A DNA stretch of 64,000 nt from Candidatus Hadarchaeota archaeon (GTDB lineage: Archaea > CAYQAE01 > CAYVLA01), in the NCBI GenBank assembly GCA_964621445.1, contig CAZUNO010000014.1, positions 1-64,000 on the forward strand. Reading direction: 5' to 3'. Made by a program: the position numbers and the translations under genes. Positions 9,279 through 19,376 of this stretch are shown here, in pieces (the stretch's first letter is position 1; every line of letters begins with the position of its first letter). Under the pieces are notes generated by a model. It worked only from the letters and a program-made list of their open reading frames with translations. It made no database searches and was not told the origin of the DNA.

Positions 9279-10538
9279 CTAGCCTTCGGTCATCCTGGTG
9301 GTGACCATCTCCCTGTACAGGATCCTACGGCTTATCACCATCCATAGAAAAACTCCCGAAATCAAGGCGGTTCCGGTCACTGCCAGCCACTCGATGACGT
9401 ATATCCATAGCAGGGCACTCCTCTTCATCTCCACTGCTCTGGCCTCTAGCTGCTCCCATGCTGGATCCATTTCGGCAAATATTTTGGCTGCCTTCTCGTA
9501 TCTGCCCTCCCGGTATGCCTCCTCCGCCTCCTGTTTCTGGTCATTGAGGTTATCCAGCTCGGAGTATAGACTCCTGGTGTTTGCTCCCATGCCCTGCACG
9601 AAATCCATAACCGATATGGCCAGTGTTGCGCGGACCGAGTGCATGTTGATGTTCTCCCTTATGACGTGGGCACGATGGATGTCATCGGGGATCGATCGGT
9701 CAACGAGGAAATAGACCAGGTAAATTCGGAAGTCCTGATACCAGGGCCACTCCACGGTCATCCGATCTCGCAGATTGGTGGTCCATAGGCTCCCAAAGAC
9801 CTCGGTCTCCCCCAGTACCTTCCCCTCCCCGGATCTCCACCACCCTATCCAGGGATAGGAAATCTGACCGCACAGGGCCTCGGCCATCGGCCTGGCCCCT
9901 GGCTTCAGCTTCACGCTGTTCAGGAGCTGGATGGGCTGGGATTCATCCCAAGGTATAAGGCCTAGAGGATCATTCTCATCCACGAAGTGGCGATCGCAGT
10001 TACTCATGGACCCGGGGTTGAAACCGCCCAATGACCGATAGGGAAGTATGGAGTCCAGCACGGTGGTGCCCCAGGATACGTAATCCCCCTCAATCCCACC
10101 TCCCCAGGAGGAGTCCCCTCCCCACATGGTCAGCGACATGCCATGATCCCTTACCCCGCTGACGAACCAGGAGGCCCAGCGGGGGTCGAAAAAGACCTCG
10201 GGCCGATAATGATAACCACAGGGAGCATCGTGGAGGATGATCACGTCCCTGGAGTTTACAAGCTGATCCAGGTTCCTGGGCATGTAGATCCTCATCCTAC
10301 GGTTTACCTGATCGGGGTCAATGTACCCTCTGCCCACCGAGAAGGTGCCCACCATGGGAACCGAGAACACGCTTAGGCATGGGTCCGCTGCAAGCATCCT
10401 GTCGGTCCGGCTCCGAAACTTGGCCCACCGGGACATGAACAGGACCCTGGTGATTTCTTGGGTCTCGGCGGCAAGGACTCCCCCGGAGGCTAGGATTACC
10501 AAGGACAATAGAACGGTAAGGGTCATCCTCGCCTGCAT
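9279..10538 (-). CDS. Secreted membrane-anchored protein, YxPR / EW-RRxxTR-tail family
   Basis: Signal peptide MQARMTLTVLLSLVILASGGVLA, RIYMPR, WGGDSSWGG...WGTTVLDSILP, FVQGMGANT, and tail ALLWIYVIEWLAVTGT...RRILYREMVTTR. Confidence 0.85.
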   Translation of the reverse strand: MQARMTLTVLLSLVILASGGVLAAETQEITRVLFMSRWAKFRSRTDRMLAADPCLSVFSVPMVGTFSVGRGYIDPDQVNRRMRIYMPRNLDQLVNSRDVIILHDAPCGYHYRPEVFFDPRWASWFVSGVRDHGMSLTMWGGDSSWGGGIEGDYVSWGTTVLDSILPYRSLGGFNPGSMSNCDRHFVDENDPLGLIPWDESQPIQLLNSVKLKPGARPMAEALCGQISYPWIGWWRSGEGKVLGETEVFGSLWTTNLRDRMTVEWPWYQDFRIYLVYFLVDRSIPDDIHRAHVIRENINMHSVRATLAISVMDFVQGMGANTRSLYSELDNLNDQKQEAEEAYREGRYEKAAKIFAEMDPAWEQLEARAVEMKRSALLWIYVIEWLAVTGTALISGVFLWMVISRRILYREMVTTRMTEG

Positions 10539-10711
10539 AAATAGGCATTTGAAGAGGTGGAATATAAACAAACCCCCGGAATGCAAATCGCCAGAATGTT
10601 TCATGGGTAAATGACTAGGAACAAGATGAAAATTGAGAATCTTTACGGATTTTAGTCTCAATTGGAAGCAGAAGTCAAATTCAAGACTGTCAGTCCCCAT
10701 TTGGAGAACGT

Positions 10712-10750
10712 GGATTACTCAATAGAGGATTGGAACCAATAGAGTAATCC
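10712..10750. promoter_or_regulatory. Inverted repeat (GGATTACTC...GAGTAATCC with inner ATTGG-AA-CCAAT)
   Basis: 9-bp perfect arms at 10712-10720 and 10742-10750, between the enolase-like gene end and the paralog start. Function unknown. Confidence 0.4.
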
Positions 10751-10835
10751 CGATCCCTATCCCCCGGACCTTAACCAAAAAACGTCTACACTGCGAACAA
10801 TCATTTTTCTGAGGAATGTCACGGGATTCAAATTT

Positions 10836-12239
10836 TCAGTTCTCTTGGAAAGCTCCTTCATCGAAATAGCCAATGGCCTCCTCATCCAGACCAAGCCCTA
10901 GAGGGGAAAGGGAATCGGTTCGTATCCGGCCCTCCTCGACATTGAATAGGGTAGGATGTGAGTCCTGGACCTCGGGATAGGCAAAGGGAAGGTATTGTCT
11001 GGCGTTGTATTCAAAGCCCATGGGAGATGTGCGAGCGGCGAGGCTTGCCGAGTTGACGAGAGCTATCCCGGGACAGGTCAAATCCTGGATCGAGTAGGGG
11101 AGGTTGTTGGGACCCATCTTGGATAGAAGCAGGAGGGCCGATGAGAGCCACTTGCAGGTCTTCAGGGCCACCCCCGACCATCCCAGTTCCATTGCCAGCT
11201 CGAAGCTTTCCAGGCCGGTGACCCCCTCATCCGCGACTACGGGCTTGATGGCATCCACCTCGCTCATTGAGAACATGTGGCGTTCCATATCCCGTTCGGT
11301 TGGCTGTTCGAGATACACCAGTCTGTCGAATGCCTCGGGAGACCGGCGCTTGAGCTTGGATAGATAATCTACCGTTGCCCGCGGGCTCTGGTTCATTTCG
11401 TTGGCATCAACCGAGAGATAGAATTCCTCTCTGCCCAGCTCCTCCAGGACCATGGAGGCAACCTGAGCCACATCGGCCGTTCTCTCCACGTCCCAGTCGA
11501 CATCGACCCCGGATAACTTGACCTTAAAGCAGTAGATGCCCTCCCGCCTGATCCACTCATCGAGGCTAACCGGTAAACCGTCATCCGGGTCCTCCTCGTT
11601 TACCTGGTCCTCGGTAAGCTTATCGAGGGCGCCAACTAGGTGGAAAACCGGCAGGTCCCGGCTGTAGGAGGGTTTGAGATATTCCGAGATATACCTGTCC
11701 TGGAAGCCGGTTCCCAGATACCTGCTCAGGTCATGGTCCATGTATTCCGGGCCATATCCATCGAAGGAGCAGATGCCGTTGACCCGGCCAAAGGCGTCGT
11801 GGAGAGCCAGGTCCAGGGCTGAGGTTGAAACCAGAACGAGAAGGTCCGGGGGATGACATCCAAGTTGCTGCTTTCTAGCTATATTCTCGGATAGGCTGAA
11901 AAGTCCGCTCCTCTCCCTCCACATTATGTCGAGGGGATGGCCATATTTTCCCGACCAGTTCTCCTCCAAGGTCTTACAGCTCTCCTTGCCAATTTTATTC
12001 ATTAGCTCAAGCTTTTTCTGGTGGCCGATTTCGGGGTCGGGAAAGGCCCACTTGGCAACCAGGGGCATGGCCCCCCATCCCTGGGATACCTCTCCTTCCC
12101 TGTTCCTGACCCTGGCCTCCACGATCATGGATACCGAGTTCCTCACCACAACCTGCCCGAATTTCAGAGGAACCCGGAGCTTATCCATTCTAAAAATTGG
12201 TTTCAGCTCCTGTACGCTAATGTCCGAGTCCAAGCACAA
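10836..12239 (-). CDS. Enolase-superfamily (mandelate racemase/muconate lactonizing-like) protein
   Basis: FKVKL, VDANE, EQP, ADE and ALKTCK metal/lysine motifs. GGTGA RBS before the TTG start. Confidence 0.85.
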   Translation of the reverse strand: MCLDSDISVQELKPIFRMDKLRVPLKFGQVVVRNSVSMIVEARVRNREGEVSQGWGAMPLVAKWAFPDPEIGHQKKLELMNKIGKESCKTLEENWSGKYGHPLDIMWRERSGLFSLSENIARKQQLGCHPPDLLVLVSTSALDLALHDAFGRVNGICSFDGYGPEYMDHDLSRYLGTGFQDRYISEYLKPSYSRDLPVFHLVGALDKLTEDQVNEEDPDDGLPVSLDEWIRREGIYCFKVKLSGVDVDWDVERTADVAQVASMVLEELGREEFYLSVDANEMNQSPRATVDYLSKLKRRSPEAFDRLVYLEQPTERDMERHMFSMSEVDAIKPVVADEGVTGLESFELAMELGWSGVALKTCKWLSSALLLLSKMGPNNLPYSIQDLTCPGIALVNSASLAARTSPMGFEYNARQYLPFAYPEVQDSHPTLFNVEEGRIRTDSLSPLGLGLDEEAIGYFDEGAFQEN

Positions 12240-12422
12240 TTACATCACCATCGATCCTTTGATACAGTGTGTCTACCCTTAATTCCTGCCATCAGGTAAG
12301 TCACTTCGGTTTCCCGCATCGCAGTTCTCTTTCTTTTTCAATTCAAGGCATGCCTATTCGTATTTGCCCAGATAGGTTTTTTCGTGAAAAGCTTTTTGGG
12401 GGGTTTTCCATTTTTACGTATT

Positions 12423-13163
12423 ATGGCTATTGAATGGTGGGAGAATTTCTTCTCAGGGTTTTGTTTGGAGGCCCAGCGGCAGGCGAGAAGCCCGAAGCAG
12501 AACCAGGCAGAGGCGGAATTTATCGAGGACCTTCTCGATCTGGAGGAGAGTTCGAAGCTTCTTGACGTTCCATGTGGGAATGGAAGGCTTTCCCTGGAGT
12601 TAGCTTCCCGTGGCCATAGGGTTACCGGGGTTGACATGACCAAGCACCTCCTTGAGGAGGCCAGTAGGATGTCGGCAGATAGGGGGCTTGAAATCAAATG
12701 GGAGAATAGGGAAATGAGGGATCTTCCCTGGGATGATGAGTTCGATGGGGCTTTCTGCATGTGGGGGAGCTTTGGATATTTCGATGATGAGGGTAACGCG
12801 GAATTCCTGAAGGCGGTCTCTGGGTGTATCAAGAAGGGGGCCAATTTTGTGCTGGATGTTCATGCCGCGGAGGGTCTTATGCCGAAGTTTGAGCGTCGGG
12901 GTTGGCAGTGGATGGGAGATGTACTTTTGGTTGAGGATCGGAGTTACGATGTTAACACCGGTCGAGTGGAAGAGGAATGGTTGCTGATAAGGGACGGGGT
13001 CTTAGAGGAGAAGCACAGTTCAATCCGGGTCTATACCTACAGAGAGATCCGGCGCATGCTTGAGCGCGCTGGTTTCGAGGATATACAGGGGTACGGCTCT
13101 CTGGAAAAGGAGCCTTTCCAGCTAGGATCCAAAAGGCTTTACCTAGTGTCCCGGAAAGCCTAG
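12423..13163 (+). CDS. Class I SAM-dependent methyltransferase
   Basis: LLDVPCGNGR, VTGVD, EMRDLP, SFGYF. Confidence 0.92.
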   Translation: MAIEWWENFFSGFCLEAQRQARSPKQNQAEAEFIEDLLDLEESSKLLDVPCGNGRLSLELASRGHRVTGVDMTKHLLEEASRMSADRGLEIKWENREMRDLPWDDEFDGAFCMWGSFGYFDDEGNAEFLKAVSGCIKKGANFVLDVHAAEGLMPKFERRGWQWMGDVLLVEDRSYDVNTGRVEEEWLLIRDGVLEEKHSSIRVYTYREIRRMLERAGFEDIQGYGSLEKEPFQLGSKRLYLVSRKA

Positions 13164-13411
13164 AAATCTGGAAAAAAGCACCGAATATCTTACCTTAATT
13201 TTTTCGACAAACAATAAGTCCACTCAGATTCAGGGTGAAGTCTCAGACTCTAAGTAACCGTGGTATGGATTACATCTCCAGGTGTGTAGGGTTGAGTCGT
13301 GGGGAGACCTTGGTGAAAGGAGAGGCTAAAATCATCTCAGGGTTGAAGCTTTGAATATCGAAACATATTGGTAAGGACAAGCTTTTATTTCTTGAAGCAC
13401 TAATCTGGCCA

Positions 13412-14638
13412 ATGCGCCTGTTCCTGATCCTAGTTGCCATTTTCATTCTGGCCCCAGTTTCGGCGAACGAGCGTATCAATATGCTACTTATAGGCCAGGT
13501 GGTTCCCGAGACCTGTCCCCTCCAAGGATGGTTCGACTCCGAGCCAGCTGTTACCTACACCATGGTGCCAACAAAAATCCATTACAGCATGGACCATGAG
13601 GATGCCCGGCGATTCATCAAGATCTACTTCCCCCGGAACAGGGAACAGGCGTGGGATTACGACTTTTTCATGTTCATCAACCCGTATTTCGAGCCCTTCA
13701 CATCGGTGCAGGTGAGCAATCTACGCTCCGCGGTCGTTGAGGGCGGGAGCGGTGCCTTCCAGACCTTGGGGGGAATCACCATCGACTGGACTAACCTCAA
13801 CACTCCTTGGCTGCAATCCACCTTGGCCGAGATCTTCCCCAACGATCCCTCGGCGGCCGGGACGTGGGCGGGCAGCAAGGAAGGCAACCTTCCCTACAAG
13901 GTCATCTTGGAGAAGGAAAAGAGCCTTCCGCCGGTGCTGAAGGCATTTCTGCCCGTGGGCATAGAGGAGGTGCCTGGTTACTGGACCATAGTTCTGATAC
14001 TCCCCCAGGAAGGGGCAACGGTTTGGGCCAGGGCCGTGGGTGCGTATCCAGGGGTCACCGGCGCACCCCATCCATGGTTACTCTCCTGGAGGTATGGAGA
14101 GGGCATGACATGGTCAGTGGCCGATGACCTGGACTGTCCGTGGTGGTGGGGTGTCTACAAACCCTCAGAACAGGAGTACGGCCTCGACATTTTGATGAAT
14201 ATTGCCTACCATTCCCTAGATAGACCACTCATTGACGAAGTAGTGCTAGTAAATTCCGTGAGAAGGAGCTTCCGTAGGTACCAGCAGAGGGACTCGGGGC
14301 TCACCTCGATCCTGGCGTTCGTTGAGAATTTCGGCGCCTCGACGGAGGGGATACTCGAGGCCAGGGAGAAGCTGGATCAGGATCTGGGGAACGCCATGGA
14401 CCTCTACCTCGATGGTCGATACCAGGAGGCCCTGGAGGCGTCACATGATGCTATAGACGGGCTCGTCTCGCTCGAGGAGGATTCCATCGAACTCAAGAAC
14501 GAGGCCCTGATGTGGGTCCACATCATAGAGTGGGCCACGGTAACGGGGACAGGCATGGTGGTTGGTGTCGCCGTTTACCTGCTGATGATCCAGAGGAGGC
14601 TCTTCCGGCAGGTGGGTCTAACGAGATATCACGATTGA
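13412..14638 (+). CDS. Secreted membrane-anchored protein, YxPR / EW-RRxxTR-tail family
   Basis: Signal peptide MRLFLILVAIFILAPVSA, KIYFPR, WLQSTLAEIFP, FVENFGAST, and tail ALMWVHIIEWATVTGT...RRLFRQVGLTR. Confidence 0.88.
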   Translation: MRLFLILVAIFILAPVSANERINMLLIGQVVPETCPLQGWFDSEPAVTYTMVPTKIHYSMDHEDARRFIKIYFPRNREQAWDYDFFMFINPYFEPFTSVQVSNLRSAVVEGGSGAFQTLGGITIDWTNLNTPWLQSTLAEIFPNDPSAAGTWAGSKEGNLPYKVILEKEKSLPPVLKAFLPVGIEEVPGYWTIVLILPQEGATVWARAVGAYPGVTGAPHPWLLSWRYGEGMTWSVADDLDCPWWWGVYKPSEQEYGLDILMNIAYHSLDRPLIDEVVLVNSVRRSFRRYQQRDSGLTSILAFVENFGASTEGILEAREKLDQDLGNAMDLYLDGRYQEALEASHDAIDGLVSLEEDSIELKNEALMWVHIIEWATVTGTGMVVGVAVYLLMIQRRLFRQVGLTRYHD

Positions 14639-14740
14639 AGCCGTTGTAGGTTCGGGGACTAGGTATCACCGAACTAGTCATTTCCTGGAGACTCGGATTC
14701 TGGGATTGGAATATTTCAAGGTAACTAACTTCAAATTCCC

Positions 14741-14856
14741 ATTGGTTTCCATGCGATCCATTCCGTAAATATGGAGGAGATGGAGAGATAAATCGCTACC
14801 GATAACGTCAGGAATTTCTCTCGGTATCCCGGTATCGAGGTATACAGCCTCATTAG
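14741..14856 (+). pseudogene. Degenerate PIN-domain (VapC) toxin C-terminal remnant
   Basis: Frame reads IGFHAIHSVNMEEMER*IATDNVRNFSRYPGIEVYSL, resembling the VapC ending DAIHAAtm...I.T.N..DF...pGi.v. Internal TAA at 14789. Confidence 0.55.
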
Positions 14857-14921
14857 ACGATACCTGTCTCGAAATACACAGTGATGTATGCCGTGTACCA
14901 TTGATTCCAGTTCGGCATGAA

Positions 14922-15182
14922 CTAGTGTATCTCGTCCCTAAACTTGGTGGTTCTCACCGCTCTGTAGAGCCTTCGTCTGATTATCAGAGTCCACAGCACG
15001 AACTCAGAGATGAAGAGGGCCGAGGAAGAGACCAGCCATTCGATAACGTAAACCCACATCAGGGCCTTCCTCTTCTCCCTCCTGCCATGGATTCCCCTGG
15101 CCTCCATCTTGAGCCATCTCCCTCTCTGTTCATTCTCGACCTTGACTTGGTCTTCAGAGAGAGGTCCTGAACTTGGGGTCAC
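14922..15182 (-). pseudogene. C-terminal fragment of the EW-RRxxTR-tail family
   Basis: ALMWVYVIEWLVSSSALFISEFVLWTLIIRRRLYRAVRTTK with no upstream GATase-like domain. Confidence 0.8.
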
Positions 15183-15288
15183 ATGATCGGACCTGATTTG
15201 AAATAAAGGAAGTCACCTACAGGGAGAGCCTCCCGGCTGATTCCGATTAACGGGTCAAAAGTAAGGCTCAGAACGAACACGAGGAAAG

Positions 15289-15453
15289 CTAGTTATCAGG
15301 GGCTATTCCTGGAAGACCTATCTCAAAGCGGGCGGTGAGCTTAGTTTGGCGGACTGTACCGTCCCGGTCTGGTGCAGGAAGGCAAGGGCCAATCCCCTTA
15401 CCTTTGATCAGAACATAGTTAGCAGGGCTGAAAATCCGGATAACCCCCGATAA
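15289..15453 (+). pseudogene. Second degenerate PIN-domain (VapC) remnant
   Basis: Frame reads YSWKTYLKAGGELSLADCTVPVWCRKARANPLTFDQ, resembling the VapC LSfaDc...lTFD motif. No start or N-terminal half in frame. Confidence 0.55.
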
Positions 15454-15524
15454 TGGCGTTGGAAATAGGGGGTATGTCATAGGACCTGGTTGTCACGGAC
15501 CATTTGCAGCGATGTTAACTAAAA

Positions 15525-16549
15525 TCATTCCCCTTCCTTCAGGCCAAGCCTACGCATGGTTCTTTTCTCGTCCTTTATGAAATCTGAGGAAGAGAATTTC
15601 TCATATAGCTCCTTCAGTCGTGGCCTGCCATTTTGCTGCTCCGTGCTCCACTCCCGGGCGAAATCCCCGGAATCGATTTTGTCCATTTGCTTTCTCATGA
15701 ACTTCCTGATACCACGGTAACCGAGATCGGATTTTCCCTCGAGTATCTCTTCAGTCCTTGACAGCTGTCCGTACTGGCTGGTCCTTGAGTGAAGGGGCAT
15801 CTGGCCCATGACTCCTCTTTTCGCCATCAGGTCAAATATGTAGGACATTTCACGGGAAAGGTACTCCTCGGTCAGTATTATCTCGGGGGGTAGCCCCTCC
15901 TCCATCTCGATTTCATACTTGGCCATAAGGGCGTTTAGGAATATAGGCATCAGTCCCTGCTCGGTAAGCAGGTCGGTCTTGGTCTCCATGGCAAATGTGC
16001 CCTCCACGACCCCTGATCGGGTGGCACCTATGGCCTTGCTGAGGGCCAGGGCGACCTCCTTTGCCTCCCCCGAATGGTCCTGGGCCACGGCCAGGAGGGC
16101 GGGTGCACTCTCTCCATTTAGGTAAAGCTCCCCGACCATCTCGCCGATCATCCTGGGTGCAACCAGCGTTACGTCAACATATCCCGGCGGAGCTATGTAG
16201 TCGTAGGTTATGTTATATCCCGATGCGAAGTTGATAACGTCCCCTTCCTCAAGGTTTCCCTGGATATCCGCGGCATATACCTCGGGGGCCACCTCGTCGG
16301 GGACTACCAGGAGTATTACATCGCTTTTCCTGACCGCCTTGGGTATGGAGTAGACCTCGAACCGTCCTCCTCCGCCCGTTTCCATGATTTGTCCCTTATA
16401 TTTCCCACTATGAGGTTCTCCAGTCCGGAGTCCCTCATATTTAGACCCTGTGCCCTGCCCTGGTTTCCATAACCGATGATGGATACAGTTCTGCCCTCCA
16501 AATACCGGAGGTCCGCGTCATCGTCGTAGAAGATTCTAGCTTTGGTCAA
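15525..16549 (-). pseudogene. ilvC: Ketol-acid reductoisomerase (IlvC-like) split by a 1-nt frameshift near 16360
   Basis: [19 protein letters not shown]...KRAEEDG continues as [20 protein letters not shown] and ETKTDLLTEQ in another frame. One missing T in ggttcgag. Confidence 0.85.
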
Positions 16550-16825
16550 GTTCCTCTCCTCCCCTTCCCTGGTAAAACGAGTCCCTGATTTGAATATCTT
16601 TACAAAGCTGGAGAGTTTTTCGTATCCCTATAGCTTGACCTCTCCGCTTCGAGAAATCCATGATAATCGGCGGAAATCCAAGAATTAGGATAATAATGAT
16701 GGGGCTAATCAAATTGGACTATTGCGGGAATTTCGTTATAGATGATTTGAAATTAAACCATTCACCCCTCTGGGATGTGGATTGGCCTTTGTCAGATATG
16801 CTCATTGGTGGAATCAAGATTCAAC

Positions 16826-16880
16826 TCATTAATGACTAAGGGAAGATGATATCCCGGGATATCAGACCTCACTTCGAAGT
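16826..16880. repeat. Cluster of three perfect palindromes (TCATTAATGA, TGATATCCCGGGATATCA, ACTTCGAAGT)
   Basis: Palindromes at 16826-16835, 16847-16864 and 16871-16880 in a long intergenic gap. Confidence 0.6.
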
Positions 16881-16915
16881 CTCGTATTCGTGTTAATCAG
16901 ATGGAGTAGCCTTTA

Positions 16916-17017
16916 CTAATTCGCTACGGCTCCGTCATGGGGCTTGGATTCCTTGGCGGCCCGATAGATATCTTTCTGTAGTTGGTATAGGAGCTCACAT
17001 CCCCATCTTTCTTCCAT
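16916..17017 (-). pseudogene. Short remnant resembling an internal helix of a glycoside-hydrolase-like barrel
   Basis: MEERWGCELLYQLQKDIYRAAKESKPHDGAVAN* resembles the ...IYxAAKxxKPDA... segment of GH barrels. Weak. Confidence 0.3.
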
Positions 17018-17203
17018 GAAAAAACGGAAGCAATTGCGTATTTATTAATTTATAAATTCCATATAGATAGAAAAGGGAATTATAAGAAAAATATTATAAG
17101 AATATGTTATAATTAAAAATCCATATTCTTGGGGAAATCTGCTTTTTCAAAGAAATGAAAGATAAACACATATATCTATTCAAATAACAATTACAATGCC
17201 GTC

Positions 17204-17491
17204 TTGGGGTTCGAGGGAAGGACTTTGGTTCTAACTAAAGAGTCAAGAGACTTGGAAGATAATGAGACAGAAATAGAAAGGTACATGTCTGATTTTATTT
17301 TGATAAGTGATAGGCTAGAAGAACTACGTAAAAAATATCCTGGGCAGTATATAACCGTAAAAGAAGGAAAAATAGTAGACTCTGATAAGGACTTGGAAAC
17401 TTTATTGCGTCGTCTTGAAGAAAAGGGAATAGACCCAAGTAAGACCGCGATAGATTATATTTCGGAAAAACCAGAATTGCTAATTGTGTAG
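17204..17491 (+). CDS. DUF5678-like small protein
   Basis: LEELRKKYPGQYITVKEGKIVDSDKDLETL pattern. Sits directly upstream of a retropepsin-like gene, the usual context for this family. Confidence 0.75.
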   Translation: MGFEGRTLVLTKESRDLEDNETEIERYMSDFILISDRLEELRKKYPGQYITVKEGKIVDSDKDLETLLRRLEEKGIDPSKTAIDYISEKPELLIV

Positions 17492-17516
17492 TATTGGCTC
17501 TTGTTTTGTGGTTTTT

Positions 17517-17945
17517 ATGCGAATAAGGACCTATTTCACAAAATGGGGTGCTTCTAAATTCTCTTTCGTGCCGGTTCATTTTGAGGTGGAGGCTCTGAAA
17601 CTTCAGGGAAAGCTATCATTCCTAGTTGACACTGGTGCGTCTGCTACAAACATGAGTTCCATGGATGCAAAAAGGAATAGCATCAATTATCAAAAATTCA
17701 ATCGCACAGGCCAACCTAGGGGAGTTGGAAAAGGTGCAAAACTCTATCAAATACCTCATGGGATCGAGTTTACTTTCCAGACCGTCGCAAGAGGGACTTG
17801 GAAACTATCTATGAAAAGCTTTAATGTGCTAGAAAATCCGGCAAATTCTCCGCTGCCAAGTCTATTGGGTAATGACTTCCTTGATGAAATTGGGTTCAAG
17901 CTCATTTATGACCGACCTATGTCAGCGGCATATTTTGAGGCTTAA
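17517..17945 (+). CDS. Retropepsin-like (clan AA) aspartyl protease
   Basis: FLVDTGAS catalytic motif and SLLGNDFL C-terminal motif. Single-domain, no signal peptide. Confidence 0.85.
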   Translation: MRIRTYFTKWGASKFSFVPVHFEVEALKLQGKLSFLVDTGASATNMSSMDAKRNSINYQKFNRTGQPRGVGKGAKLYQIPHGIEFTFQTVARGTWKLSMKSFNVLENPANSPLPSLLGNDFLDEIGFKLIYDRPMSAAYFEA

Positions 17946-18031
17946 AGATATTTCAAAGCTAATTGTGGAAGTTGGCTCAGAGATATCAAGTTTCAAGGTA
18001 GCAAAGGGCGATCAATTTTGATTCTGGGTTT

Positions 18032-18751
18032 CTAGGTTTTTGGTGAGTAGCTGAACTCGGAGAGTATCTCGGAGTTTTTGTGGAGGTGGTCGAGTATAGC
18101 TATATTTTGCCAGGGTCCGGAGAAGTGCAGTACGTTGGCAGGTATATGACCGGTCCATATAATTCCCCTCTTGGCGTACTCGATTTTGGTTGGGCCTTGG
18201 AGACATGATTCTAGGCAAGTGATAGCCGACTCGCATATCACCTCGCTGTCTATGCCGTAGGGACTCATCCCGGAAATAGTGGCCTGGACCGATCCCTTTC
18301 CACATCCAGGGCATAGGAAGGTGCAGGGAATACAGGGATCATGGGCGTTGCGGATGAATACGGAGACCGATTTTCTTGTAGGAAGTTGTTCGGAGTAGGG
18401 TTTTTCGCCCTCTTTGTGGATAAATGCCCAGTCAAGATCGTCTTTTCCCTGGCCTGACAGGTTGCCGTTGGGTTTGGGAACCCATTTCCTTGTTTTGCTG
18501 TGTCGGTAATACCGTGCCCTACGGTCGCCGGGAGACCGGGTTTCAGGGCTCTTGCTTTTAGATGGGGTGAGATGTTTTTTACCGGAATATTTTGCCTCGA
18601 ACTCTGCTGGAAATCCGAATCGTTTAGATATCTCGTGCGATATGCAATTAATATCTGTATTTTGGGCGGTGACCCCTTTGATTATGGAACAGATCAGAGA
18701 TACCCTTAACCTTTTGGATTTAAGCCCCGTGGGGCAGAGGTGGATGTTCAA
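18032..18751 (-). CDS. Hypothetical basic, Cys-rich protein (possible Zn binder)
   Basis: 239-aa ORF whose TTG start overlaps the stop of the upstream HTH gene (TTGA). HDPCIPCTFLCPGCG and CESAITCLESC clusters. Confidence 0.55.
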   Translation of the reverse strand: MNIHLCPTGLKSKRLRVSLICSIIKGVTAQNTDINCISHEISKRFGFPAEFEAKYSGKKHLTPSKSKSPETRSPGDRRARYYRHSKTRKWVPKPNGNLSGQGKDDLDWAFIHKEGEKPYSEQLPTRKSVSVFIRNAHDPCIPCTFLCPGCGKGSVQATISGMSPYGIDSEVICESAITCLESCLQGPTKIEYAKRGIIWTGHIPANVLHFSGPWQNIAILDHLHKNSEILSEFSYSPKT

Positions 18752-19254
18752 GTGCCCACCTCTTCGAAGGTTTGGTCAGTTTCCGGCCATGCCCTGGTGA
18801 AGATTATGCCAGCGAGTTTGGCGGGTGGGTAGTTTTTCTCCCTGCTGTTTATGGAAACTCCTAGTCTGTCCGCTTCCCTTAGCAGATGGGAACGGCAGGA
18901 GTCTTTTTCCGGGCACTGCTCGCACTGACCCTGGTGTGGCCTCCAGACCATTATGCCTCGGCTCGGTGAGAAGGTTATCAAAACCTTGGATTGGAACTCC
19001 TGGCTATAGCCGATAAGGAATCCCTTCTCAGGGTCCATGGTCCTTATCATGACCCGGTTCATTTCGGCGGCCTCCACCATAGCCTTGTATATCTTGGAAT
19101 CCACCGATTGCAGGCTCTTGCTGACATGTTGCCTAGATTTCGCAATCTCCCTGGATATATCGATGGGTTTTAATCCCTCGAGGCGGAGTTGCCAGATCTT
19201 CCTCTGACCGCGGGTTAGAAGTGTAGACAACGACGAATCCTGACGCCAAAACAC
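18748..19254 (-). CDS. Archaeal HTH transcriptional regulator with C-terminal His/Cys metal site
   Basis: LTRGQRKIWQLRLEGLKPIDISREIAKSRQHVSKSL HTH and HQGQCEQCPEKDSC. The true start may be TTG at 19230. Confidence 0.8.
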   Translation of the reverse strand: MFWRQDSSLSTLLTRGQRKIWQLRLEGLKPIDISREIAKSRQHVSKSLQSVDSKIYKAMVEAAEMNRVMIRTMDPEKGFLIGYSQEFQSKVLITFSPSRGIMVWRPHQGQCEQCPEKDSCRSHLLREADRLGVSINSREKNYPPAKLAGIIFTRAWPETDQTFEEVGT

Positions 19255-19265
19255 TAATAAGTATT

Positions 19266-19287
19266 TGTCAACAGACGACTGTTGACA
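19266..19287. promoter_or_regulatory. Candidate operator TGTCAACAG-N4-CTGTTGACA
   Basis: Perfect 9-bp inverted repeat between the divergent HTH gene and the 518-aa ORF, next to a TTATTA TATA-like box on the minus strand. Confidence 0.65.
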
Positions 19288-19376
19288 TTTCTGTGCCCGG
19301 TTTTTGGTGGAGCTTCCTGGGGATATGTAGGCCTTTCCGTCGATCTCTTCACTCCGGGGCCTGATGTTCGACCTAG

